Shown: positions 51,701-63,915 of the stretch, in pieces | How positions within the stretch are numbered: position 1 is the first letter of the stretch | Layout of the letters: every line of letters begins with the position of its first letter | Assembly: GCA_028826165.1 (NCBI GenBank) | Contig: JAPDFW010000056.1 | Span: 186,001-250,000, forward strand | Length of the DNA: 64,000 bases | Origin: Anaeramoeba ignava BMAN | Lineage: Eukaryota; Protista; Anaeramoebae | Direction: 5' to 3' | The notes under the pieces: model-generated | Seen by the model: the letters and a program-made list of their open reading frames with translations, nothing else | Database searches by the model: none | Told to the model about the DNA's origin: nothing | Position numbers and translations under genes: made by a program

Positions 51701-54144
51701 TAATTTTAGGCAGAAGCAAGAATTGATGAAGAAGTTGCAAGAGTAAATGCTTATCTTCATGCATCATCAGAAGATCGTTTACTTGATAAATGTGTTGATG
51801 TTCTTGTTAAACAAAGAATTAAATTACTTTGGAAAGAATTTGAAGAATTAGTTCAAATTGATAAACTTGATGATCTTCAAAGAATGTATAAACTTTTAAA
51901 TCGTGTTCCTGATGGTTTGAAAGTTTTAAGAGACAATCTTGAACAAATTATTAAAGATAAAGGACTTGATGCATTAGAAGCAGTGAAAGATCAAGCTATA
52001 AAAGTATTTATAATTAAAATTAAAATTTAAAATTAAAATTAAAATTAAAATTAAAATTAAAATTAAAATTAAAATTAAAATTAAAATTAAAAATCTTAAA
52101 ATAGGATCCAAGAATTTATGTTGATACAATGCTTGGAACTTATCAAAGATATCATAGATTAGTTCAAAAAGCTTTTAGAGGAGATCCAGGATTTGTTACT
52201 TCACTTGATAAAGCTTGTAAGAAATTTATGAATGATAATGCAGTTTGTAGAGCAGGAAATTCACCATCACAATCACCTGAACTTGTTGCAAAATTCTGTG
52301 ATATGCTTTTAAAGAAATCATCTAAAAATCCAGATGAAACTGAATTAAGTAAAACATTAAATGATGTTGTAAGTAATTAATTTATATTTAATTTATATTT
52401 AATTTATATTTAATATTTAATTAATATTTAATTAATATTTAATTAATATTTAATCAATATTTAATTAATATTTAATTTATATTTAATTAATATTTAATCA
52501 ATATTTAATTTATTTTTAATTTATATTTAATTAATATTTAATTAATATTTAATTAATATTTAATTAATATTTAACTTATTTTTAATTAATAATTAATTTT
52601 TTTAATTAATATTTAATATTTAATTTATAATTAATATTTAATTAATATTTAATTAATATTTAATTAATATTTTAATTTAATTAATATTTAATTTTATATT
52701 TTAATTAATATTTAATTAATATTTAATTAATATTTAATTTATATTTAATTTATATTTAATTTATATTTAATATTTAATTAATATTTAATTAATATTTAAT
52801 TAATATTTTAATATTTAATTAATATTTAATTTTATTTAATTTATATTTATTAATTTTATTTAATTAATATTTAATTTATATTTAATTTATATTTAATTAA
52901 TATTTTTAATTAATATTTAATTAATATTTAATTAATATTTTCAAATTTTATTATTTTAATCAATATTTATATTTAATATTTAATTAATATTTATTTAATA
53001 TTTTATATTTAATTTATTTTTAATTAATTTTTAATTAATATTTAATTAATATTTAATCAATATTTAATTAATATTTAATTAATATTTAATATTTAATTTA
53101 TATTTAATTAATATTTAATATTTAATTTATATTTAATCAATATTTAATTAATATTTTTAAAATAAAAATAGATGATTGTATTCAAGTATTTAGAAGATAA
53201 AGATGTTTTTCAGAAATTTTATTCAAAAAATCTTGCTAAAAGATTAATTCATGGATCATCTGTATCTGAAGATGCTGAAAGTGAAATGATTGGTAAATTA
53301 AAAGCAGCTTGTGGATATGAATGGTCATCTAAACTTCAAAGAATGTATCAAGATGTTACAGTTTCACGAGAAATGAATACTAATTTCAAAAACTTTATTA
53401 AATCAAAGAATTATACACTTGATGTTGATTTTTCAGTTATGGTTCTTGCAACAGGATTTTGGCCTTTATCACCACCTCAAACTAAATTTGCAATTCCAGG
53501 ACAACTTGAAGGATGTGTTAATCATTTTACAAATTATTATAACAATACACATAATGGAAGAAAACTAAATTGGCTTCATCAATTATCAAGAGGAGAAGTT
53601 AAAGTTAAACTTCGAGGAAAAGTTTATATTTTCTTAGTTTCAACTTATCAAATGGCAATTCTTTTATTATTTAACACAAATGAGAAAATCAAATTTGAAG
53701 AATTTCAAGAACATGTTCAACTTAATCCACCACATCTTCAAGGTGTTTTAACAACATTAATTAAGAAAAAAGTTGTTATTGCTGATCCAGAAAAAACAAA
53801 CGATCATGGAACAACTTATTCACTTAATGCAAAATATAAAAATGCTAAAAGTAGAGTTCAATTAAATGTTCCTATCAAAGTTGAACAACATACTGATAAT
53901 GAAGCAACACATAGACAAATTGAAGAAGAACGTAAAATGCTTATTCAAGCAGCTATTGTTCAGAGTTATGAAATCACGTAAAACTCTTAAACATCAATCT
54001 TTAATGACTGAAGTTATTGATCAACTTAAAAGCAGATTTAAACCAAATGTTAAGATTATTAAAAAATGTATTGATTTATTAATTGAAAAAGAATATCTTG
54101 AAAGAACTCAAGGACAAAAAGATCAATACAATTATCTTGCTTAA
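48723..54144 (+). CDS. CUL1: Cullin-1-like protein, tandem copy B (9 exons); 1-nt insertion at ~53962 just before the neddylation lysine
   Basis: Same exon structure as copy A and near-identical 3' exons. GTTCAGAGTT replaces GTTCGAGTT of copy A. Confidence 0.88.
49284..50473 (+). repeat. Expanded intron 3 of cullin copy B, (AAAATTTATAAT)n
   Basis: 1190-bp GT-AG intron versus 282 bp in copy A. Confidence 0.85.
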
Positions 54145-54354
54145 TTTCATTTTTTTTTCTTTTCTTTTCTTTTCCATTTCTTCATACTTTTTTTTTTTGG
54201 TTTAATTGGGATAAACAAAATTTACTTCAAATTTAAATAAAATCGGATAAAAAATTATTAATTAAAATTAAATTAAAATTATTAATCAAAATTATATCGA
54301 AATTTAATTTAATTTTTTTATTGAATTCTGGATCAAAAAAAAATTAAATTAAAA

Positions 54355-56980
54355 TTAATTATCATCAAGACCGAAAGCATGAGTGGAGTGACAAAGATGA
54401 ATAAAGAATTCAGTTTCAGAAGGATCTGAGAAAAGAAGAATAAAAGGATTCAAAGTTCTAAATTGAATCATTAGCAAACATGGATTAGTTTGATGAATTC
54501 CTAAGGCAGTAATTGAGTATTGATCTGAAGAAATGAGGATTTTTTTGGATGAAAAAACAAGTCCATGATCTCCAAAATAAAGATGAACATTTTCTTCAAG
54601 AAAATTTTTGTTACGATCAACTAAAGAAACCAAAAAAGAATTCTGTTGATTTGCTGATTGTGTTGGTTTAAAAGATAGCGTGGCCGTATGATCTGAGCGG
54701 CTTTTTGAGGAAGAATCAAATTTTGGATCAAATTTTGGATTAAATTTAGAATCAAATTTTGAATTAGATTTTGCTGTTTCTTTTTCTTTTTCCGTTTCTG
54801 TTTCTTGAAATTTTTGATTCTTCGTTTTCAGAAACTCGAAACGACACTCTTGAAGTGTTTCCATGAATTTCTGAAGAGTTTTGTGAGAAGGAAATTCCAT
54901 TTCGATTGAACTCATTCTTTGGCAAGCCCAAAAAGACTTTTTTTCTTTTCCAAGTATAAGTACTAGAATTGAATTATTTTTTTTGGAAGTTTTCGTTGTG
55001 AATTTTCTCGTGAAAATATTTGAATAGGATTGGTTTCTTGATTTCAGTTCAAAGCGTTGTTTATTGATCCAAACTTCGCCATCATCAATTTTTTCCATTT
55101 GTTTATTAACAATATTTACTCGAAAATATCCGTTTTCTGGCGATATTTTTGGGAAGTTAACTTTGCTTTTGAGAGACGAGTAAAAATTGGTGTATTCGTT
55201 TATAAATCGTTCAAGGTTTTTTTCGTTGTTAAACATCACAATATTTGGCTTTAAATCGCCAATCGTTATCAATAAATAATGTTTTTTTTCCAAAATATGA
55301 ATATCCAAAAGTGCTCCAACATGGCTTGCGCCTTTATATATTATCTTCAGCAATCTTGGCGTCAATATCAACCTTCCTTCATACTTAGGATCTGTTTCGC
55401 TGTCTGCCAATGTTACTTCATAAATCGATTGAATTTCCGAAGACATCAAATTTTCTTTCGATTTAATTCTGAAGAAAAATCTAAGAAAGCTATTTTTGGT
55501 TTTTTCATTCTCGAACGATAAAAGGAGTGTTTCCCAGCGCTCGCAAGACCAAAGCGTTTTGTTTTGCGGAGCGAGCGACATTATCAGCACGTTATTTCGA
55601 GAAATGTCTTCGTTGATTGTTATTTTGCGTGCAAAAAGATTTTGTATTGTTTCTGTTCTTGTTTTCAATTCGAACTGTGTTTCGCTAATAAAAATCTTTG
55701 CTTCTTCGATAAACGATATTTTTGAGTCAATAAGAGTCACAGAATAAGTTTTTCCTTCCCTGAGTTCTTCTTCAATATTCTTGTTTTTTTTATTTTTTGC
55801 CTTCATGGCATATGATTCAAATAAATTAATAAAATTTATGAGTTGTGATTCCTTTTCAAAATAGAATTCAATTTGATAATTATTGGCCTTGATTCTTAAT
55901 ATGTTACTGTTTTTTGCTCGAAGAATATGTATGTCCAAAAGTCGAAATGCTAGAATTTGTTCCTGGAATTTAATGATTATTTTGTCTTTAAATAACTCAA
56001 TTATTCCTTCTCTAGATGGAGTTAAATTATCTCCAGGAACAAAAATTTTGGATTCAAACAACTTTAGTGAAATTTTTCTTTTATTTAATAATTGATCTTC
56101 TGTTTCATTTTCATCTTCAATTTTAATTTCATTTCCTATTTGAAATGGGGTTATTTTCTGTTCTTTTTTATCATTTTCATTAATTTGATTTTCATTAATT
56201 TGCATTTCATTTTGATTTTCGATTAATTTGCATTTCAATTTGATTTTCATTAATTTGCATTTCATTTTGATTTTCGTTAATTTGCATTTCATTTTGATTT
56301 TCAATTTGATTTTCAATTTGATTTTCAATTTGATTTTCATTTTGATTTTGATTTTGATTTTGATTTTGATTTTGATTTTGATTTTGATTTTCAATTTGAT
56401 TTTCAATTTGATTTTGAATTTCAATTTGATTTTGATTTTCAATTTGGTTTTGATTTTGATTTTCAATTTGATTTTGATTTTGGTTTTGATTTTCAATTTG
56501 GTTTTGATTTTGATTTTGATTTTCATTTTGATTTTGATTTTCATTTTGATTTTCATTTTGATTTTTAATTTGATTTTGGTTTTGATTTTGATTTTGATTT
56601 TCATTTTCAATTTGATTTTGATTTTGATTTTGATTTTCATTAATTTGATTTTCAATTTGATTTTGATTTTCAATTTGATTTTGATTTTCATTTTCATTTT
56701 GATTTTGATTTTCATTTTGATTTTGATTTTCATTTTGATTTTGATTTTGATTTTCATTTTGATTTTGATTTTGATTTTCATTTTGATTTTCATCTTCATC
56801 TTCATCTTCAATTATAATTTCATTTCCAACTTGGAATGGAATTAATTCTTGTTCTTTTTTATCAATTTTATTTTGATTTTGAATTTCGTCAACAATTTCA
56901 TTATTGAGTTTGTTTACAAGTGGATTTTGTATTTGATTTTCATTATCTTTTTCAATTTGATTTTGCATTTTATTTTGCAT
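54355..56980 (-). CDS. Uncharacterised protein with an N/Q/E-rich N-terminus and five tandem ~90-aa PH-like beta-rich repeats; apparent frameshift at ~56220
   Basis: ATG at 56980. The globular part has internal repeats (LLDIHIL twice; FELK.R...N.F.RK.T twice; W.C.R twice), each ending in an F....F helix as in PH-type folds. Confidence 0.6.
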
Positions 56981-57197
56981 TTTATTTTTTAATTGATTTT
57001 TCCAATAAACTAATTTTATTTTTGCTTTCAAATGGGGAATTGATAATAATAAAAGAAATAAAAAAGGAAAATAAAAGAAAAATAAATTTTAAAAAAAGAA
57101 AAAAAAAGAAAAATTTTTCTCCTTTTCTTTTTTTAAATAAAAAAAAATTTAAAAAAGAAAATCCATTTTTCAATTTTTTGTTAAAATTAAATAAAAT

Positions 57198-58681
57198 ATG
57201 ATTACAAATATTCCAATTATTGGACCAATCAAATATTCCCAAATTAATTTTGAAGATATTCGTTTAATGTTACAATTTCAAAATCTTGAAAATTTTATTT
57301 TTAGTGTTTTTATTCCTGGATCAGATATTTCTAAGTCAAATCCAAGTGTTCAAGAAAGAAATATTTGGGGTTATCCAGTTTATGATCCATCTTCTGATAT
57401 TGTAGCAAGTAATTTTATGAACAATTTTACATTTTTCTTTATTATTTGATGATTATATTTTTAAAATCAAAATTCATTTTAAAATCATGAAATTAAAATT
57501 AAAATTAAAATCAAAATTAAAATTAAAATAGAAATTAAAATTTAAAATCAAAATTAAAATTAAAATTAAAATTTAAATCAAAATCAAAATTAAAATTAAA
57601 ATTAAAATTAAAATTAAAATTAAAATCAAAATCAAAATTAAAATCAAAATTAAAATTTATAATTAAAATTCATTTTGAAAATCAAAATTAATATTGAAAT
57701 TGAAAAAAGTTCTTTTTCATTCAGATGCTTGTCATGATGAAATACAATCATTCGGTGGAATTGCAACTTTCCAATTTTTTAAAATGTCTGATAATCAAAG
57801 TTTCATTTCAAAAAGACATCAAAATATACGTTCTAGAACTTCTAAACATAAAAATTATGGAATAATGATTCAAGAATTCAACTTTATTCAATCTGAAGAT
57901 GAAATTCCAGACCATTTTTTATCATTAGAAGAAATTAAAAGAAAATTTTTCATTCACAAATTTAAATTAACTGGAAAACAAAAATTTTTCCTTTCTCATG
58001 ATCATATTGTTTTTGTTAAAGAAAAAAACGGAAAATTGTATCTAAAAGAAATAACTAAACATCAAAATTCTAAAAAAGCAAAAAAACTTGAAAAGAAAAA
58101 TAAGAAACGAAAAAAATATTTTGATTTAAATGTTGTTTTTTCAATTTCAAATGATCCTTGGTAAATAATTTTCAAAAACAAAATTATTTGAAGAAAATTA
58201 TTTAAAAATTTTTTTTTCTTACTTTTGTTCCACTTTTTTTTTTCAGTTTTAAATACTCTTTAGATTTAATGAAAGATAAAGGAGTTGAAACTGAAAAACT
58301 TACTTGTTATCGTTTTGATGAAGAAGTTTTATATATAGAAACAATTGATGAACGGTTTGTTTTAAATTTAAATTTCAAAATGAATTTACAATTTTGATTT
58401 TAATTTAATTTTAATTTGATTTTAATTTTAGTTTTGAATTAGCAAGAATGAATCAAAAATTTAGACTTTCTCGTTTAATTAATCCAAAACCATTTGATAT
58501 TCATATAATTAGTAAACAATTTGATGTTCCATTAAATGATAAATATTTAGAAGTTATCAATAATGATTTAGATTGGCTTTCAATTAAATGGAGTGAAGAT
58601 TCTATTTATTTTAATGATTTTATAATTTATCCAAAAAAATGTTTTTGGATCAAAAAAAAAAAGAAAATGGATGAAATTTAA
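57198..58681 (+). CDS. Rxt3/HDC1-like histone deacetylase complex subunit; 4 exons
   Basis: RNIWGYPVYDPSSDIVA|.LFHS matches the Rxt3 pattern WGT.iYT.DSD...L.H. IRSR and FSISNDPW|FKYSL..MKDKG....RF..EVLYIET match the C-terminus of plant HDC1/RXT3-like proteins. Confidence 0.7.
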
Positions 58682-58979
58682 GAATTTTTATAGATTATTT
58701 TTGTGGAAAATTGTTTAGATGAAAACAAATATAATCAATTCTATATTTTTGAATGAATTTGAATTTTTTTTTTTGGAATAAAAAATGAAAATCTAAATCA
58801 AAATCTAAATCAAAATCAAAATCAAAATCAAAATAAAAATCAAAATAAAAATCAAAATCAAAATAAAAAATTTTTCAAAATAAAAATTTTTCAAGAATGA
58901 AAAGGAATTTAAAAAGAAATTGTTTTTTGAATTTTTTTTTCTAAAAGCATATCAACTTGAAGAAGCTTCTCTTAATTAT

Positions 58980-61252
58980 TTATTTTTGATTACTTTTAGT
59001 AAATTTTTTTGATCTATTTTGACGTTTTCTTGAAAGATTTTGTTCTTTTAATTCTTTATTTGCATGTTTTTCAGCTTCTAAAACACGTTCATATAAAGAT
59101 AAAACAAGGTTTTCTTGTAAAGTATATTCTTTCATTTTGAAACCTAAACCCGATTCAACTTTTTGGAAAAATTCTACATCGTATCTTTCAAATCAAAAAT
59201 TAAATTAAATATTAAATTAAATATTAAATATTAAATTAAATAATAAATATTAAATTAAATATTAAATATTAAATATTAAATATAAAATTAAATATTAAAT
59301 TAAATTAAATATTAAATATTAAATATTAAATAATTAAATATTAAATATTAAATTAAATATTAAATTAAATATTAAATATTAAATTAAAAATTAAATTAAA
59401 TATTAAATATTAAATATTAAATATTAAATATTAAATATTAAATATTAAATATTAAATATTAAATATTAAATATTAAATATTAAATATTAAATATTAAAAA
59501 TTAAATATTAAATTAAATAATAAATAAAATATTTAATTAAATATTAAATTAAATATTAAATTAAATATTAAATTAAATATTAAATTAATACTGGGTAACA
59601 ATATTAATTGCTCTCCCTGATTTTCCTGCTCTTGCTGTTCTACCAACTCTATGAATATATGTTTTCACAGTAACTGGAATATCAAAATTAATCACAATAT
59701 CCACATTAGGAATATCTAACCCACGACTCGCAACATCAGTAGCTATCAAAATATCAGCATTTCCTGAAACAAACTTATTCAAAGAAGCCAATCTCTTAGT
59801 CTGAGTCATTTTACCATGAAGCGGAACAGCTTTGAATCCAAGATTTCGTAAAATCAATGCAATTTTTTGAACAGATTGACATTTTGTGGAAAAAATAATA
59901 ATTGAGTTGCCAACAAGCTCGTTAAGAATATAAACAATATAAGTTTCGCGATATTTATTTGGAATAAACACGTATTGTTGAATCAAAGTATCCACAGTTG
60001 AATATTTTTCACAAACTTCAACTTTGACAGGATTGATAAGTGAAGCTCTTTGTAATTTTTCAACGCTGCTTGTCATTGTTGCTGAATAAAGGTATGTTTT
60101 CCTATTTTTTGGTATCATTTTGAGGATTTTCGTGAGTGATTCTTGGAAATCCATATTCAATAGCTTGTCTGCTTCATCAAGAACTAAAACCTTTAAATTT
60201 CGAAGATTAAATCCTTTTGTGTTTTCAAGATGATCACTTAATCTTCCTGGTGTTGCTACAATTATATGTGGCTTCTTTGCTAACGCTATTGCTTGCGATA
60301 CCATGTCTATCCCTCCAACTAATACTGCGCATTTTACTAATATGTTTGCCCCTAATGCGCGTACTTGCTCAGATATTTGAAATGCTAATTCTCGTGTAGG
60401 TGAGATTATACATGCAAAATATGGCTCAGGTGTTTCTAATAGAAATTGTAATATAGGAAGTACAAATGCTGCTGTTTTTCCTGATCCTGTTTGTGCAAGT
60501 CCGATAATATCTCTTCCTTTTTATTAGTGAAGAGTATTTTAGTAATATTAAATATTAAATAATAAATATTAAATATTAAATATTAAATATTAAATATTAA
60601 ATATTAAATATATAATATTAAATATAAAATATAAATATAAAATATTAAATATTAAATATATAATATTAAATATAAAATATAAATATAAAATATTAAATAA
60701 TAAATATTAAATATAAAATATTAAATATTAAATATAAAATATATAAAATAATAAATATAAAATATTAAATATAAAAATATAAAATATTATTAAAATACCC
60801 TTAAGAGCATGTGGAATAGCTTGTTGTTGAATTTCTGTTGGTTTCTGAAATTTAATATCTTTACATGCTTGAACAAGTTGAGGACAAAGTCCAAGTTCTT
60901 CAAAATTATCACCTTTTTGTTCTTCATTTGGTTTCTTATCCTCAATTTCATTTTGTTTGATTTCATTAATTCTATTCATTTCATTTTCTTTTATTTTATT
61001 GATTCTATTCATTTCATTTTCTTTTATTTTATTGATTCTATTCATTTCATTTTCTTTTAAACCATTAATTTTAACAACATTTTTATTTTCAATTTGTTTT
61101 TTAAATTCAGTTTGTTTTTCAATCTCAAATTCTTGATTAATTTCAGTTTGTTTTTCTCTTGGTTTTTCTAAATCATTTATTAGAATTTGACTAAATTTTA
61201 ATTTTGGTTTTACTTTTGGTTTTAATCTTTTAATTTTATTATTTTCCATCAT
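58980..61252 (-). CDS. DDX47: DEAD-box RNA helicase DDX47/Rrp3; 3 exons
   Basis: Q-motif FEELGL...[10 protein letters not shown], then [63 protein letters not shown] and [13 protein letters not shown]. Stop position is approximate. Confidence 0.92.
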
Positions 61253-61354
61253 TTAAATAAAAAAAGAAAAAAAATGAAAAAAATTAATTTTAAAAAAATT
61301 TTTTTTTCATTTTTTTTATTTCATTTTTTTTTATTCAAAAAACAAAAAATCAAA
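61253..61354. promoter_or_regulatory. Compact bidirectional promoter between DDX47 and the secreted-protein gene
   Basis: 102 bp separate the divergent ATGs, with oppositely oriented TCATTT motifs. Confidence 0.5.
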
Positions 61355-62557
61355 ATGAACCAAATTATTTCAATTTTAATTGCTTTCTTTATTTTTCAAT
61401 TTACTTATTCATATACATGTTTTATGTTTCGGAATAATTTTGATACAAGTGAAGTAGCAGCAGGTTGTTCAGGATATTATGCACCTTCTGCAATTACTGG
61501 TTGGCATCTAATTAAAACTTGGACAGATTTTGATTGCGCTCAGTTTGTTTATCTTTTTTTAATCTTGTCAAAATTCATTTTTTTTTAATTTTTGCTTTTT
61601 TTTTTTTTTAGATGCACAAAATATTTAACTTTATCAGATGAAATGAAACAAGAAATTGAAGAAAGAAATAGAAAATCAAAGGATTTAAAAAACCCAACTG
61701 GTGATCCTGTTCCTTGTTGTGTTTATTCAGATCCAAAACAGTAAAATTAAATTTAAAAATTAAAATTAAAATTAAAATTAAAATTAAATTTAAAAATTAA
61801 AATTAAAAATCAAATTTAAAATTAAAATTAAAATTAAAATTAAATTAATAATCAAAATAAAAATTAAAATTAAAATTAAAATTAAAATTAAAATCAAAAT
61901 TAAATTAAAATCAAAATCAAAATTAAAATTAAAATTAAAATTAAAATCAAAATTAAAATTAAAATCAAAATTAAATTAAAATTAAAATTAAAATTAAAAT
62001 TAAAATTAAAATTAAAATTAAAATTAAAATCAAAATTAAATTAAAATTAAAATTAAAATTAAAATTAAAATTAAAATTAAAATTAAAATTAAAATTAAAA
62101 TTAAAATTAAAATTAAAATTAAAATTAAAATTAAAATTAAAATTAAAATCAAAATTAAAATTAAAATTAAAATCAAAATTAAAATTAAAATCAAAATTAA
62201 ATTAAAATTAAAATTAAAATCAAAATCAAAATTAAAATTAAAAATCAAAATTAAAATCAAAATCAAAATCAATTAAAATTAAAATCAAAATCAATTAAAA
62301 AATCAAAATTAAATTAAAATTAAAAATCAAAATCAAATTGAAAATTAAAATTAAAATCAAAATTAAAATCTGTTTTTGATTTTTTTAGTTATTATGTTGA
62401 ACCAATTTATACAGAAGCTGTTAATCCAGATGATCCTTCACCTTATTGTGATGATACTCTTTATGGTGCAACTAAAATTGGAGAATGGGATGTTACTCAA
62501 CTTTATAATGAATGTTATTTCATTCCAAATGGAACTTCCAAATTTCACAAATTTTAA
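61355..62557 (+). CDS. Small secreted cysteine-rich protein (~160 aa; exons 61355-61542, 61612-61740, 62389-62557)
   Basis: Hydrophobic signal peptide MNQIISILIAFFIFQFTYS. Two GT-AG introns restore one open frame with 8 Cys, ending ...NECYFIPNGTSKFHKF*. Confidence 0.75.
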
Positions 62558-62827
62558 AGATTGTTTCTTCAAAAAATTCATTCTCAAATTAATTACTTTT
62601 TATTGTTTGAGTTCTTATATTTTTTCTTTTCCGATTATTTTTTCTTGAAGAAACTATTTTTTTTTTGATTTTTTTGGATTGGAACAAAAAAATGAGAATA
62701 AAAAAAGGAAGATTGATTTTTTAATTTGAATTTAATTTTGAATTTGAATTTAATTTTGAATTGAATTTGAATTTGAATTTGAATTTGAATTTGAATTAAA
62801 TTGGAATTAAAGAAATCATTTCCTTTT

Positions 62828-63915
62828 TCATTTCTTTTCTAATAATTTAACTTCTCGTTTTTGTTTATCCTTATTCCTTGATAAATAAACTAATGAGTTT
62901 TCAATAATTCTTTGACAAATTGAATCAGAAGTCAAATCAGGAAAATCACTTTCAATTTGGACATAAATTCCCAATTTTTTTGGAACCTTTTAAATAATTT
63001 TTAATTTTTAATTTTTAATTTAGATTTAGATTTAGATTTAGATTTAGATTTTGATTTAGATTTATATTGAATTCTATAATATACTTCATAAGGATCATTA
63101 TCAAGACGTGTTTCAACTTTTGTTGAACCATGACAAACAATTTGAAAATTCATTGACTTTATCAAATCTTCTGAAACATCAAAAGGAGCACCAATAATAA
63201 CCTCATCAACATAACGACAAGAAAGAACAGTAAGAATACGTTCATGAAGATTCATGATTGGAAAATGTTCACCTTTATGTTGATTAACAATTTCATCAGT
63301 ATGAACACCAACAATAAGAAAATCACCCAAAGCTTTTGCCTTTTTAAGAGTAGAAATATGACCGACATGAAAAAGATCAAAACCACCATCAATATAAACG
63401 ATTTTGTCATTTGGCTTTGGACTTTTTCCTTCAGAAAATTGAACAATTTTTCGGGTTGTAGGTAAATATTGAGAAACACGAGTATAAGGACTACTTTGAA
63501 CTTTAATATCCTTTTGATGATGTTCTCGAGTGAGTAAAAGCATTCTCCCAACAAGATCTGTAGTCGAAACACCAGTAGTTCGTGGTACTGTCCTGAATTT
63601 TCCTGCCTCTTTGATTTCTGCATATGAATCACGTCCATCTTTTGTTACTGATAAATCATCTCCATGAATACAAAAATCACAGTTGTATTTATTTAAGTAT
63701 TCAAGTGATGTTATATATGGTGCATCTCGTACTACTTCATCAACCCATTTACATCCTTCAACTGCTTGATATCTTTCTTCTCCTTTTAGTACTGTTGGTC
63801 CTTTGTTTTTTTCAATTTCTTCATCTGAATGAACTCCACAAATTAAATAATCTCCTAATTCTCTTGCTTGTCGTATAAAATTCGCATGTCCCCAGTGCAT
63901 CATATCAAAACATCC
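62828..63915 (-). CDS. PCYT2: Ethanolamine-phosphate cytidylyltransferase (PCYT2/Ect1); first exon lies beyond the window
   Basis: Two cytidylyltransferase domains: GCFDMMHWGHAN..RQA and DGGFDLFHVGH, plus RTTGVSTTDLVGRMLL and PIMNLHER. Short intron at ~62988-63083. Confidence 0.93.

Noticed and set aside
31870-56230. Programmed ribosomal frameshifting suggested by repeated ORF breaks (~31880, ~34640, ~38040, ~38830, ~56220)
   Set aside because: The breaks lie in or next to A/T homopolymer runs, go in both directions and share no slippery-site or stop motif. Long-read indel errors are the simpler explanation.
24900-63915. Inteins in the ATPase, helicase or nucleotidyltransferase genes
   Set aside because: Conserved motifs are collinear. 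The insertions seen are low-complexity tracts or GT-AG introns, with no C...HN splicing ends or LAGLIDADG motifs.
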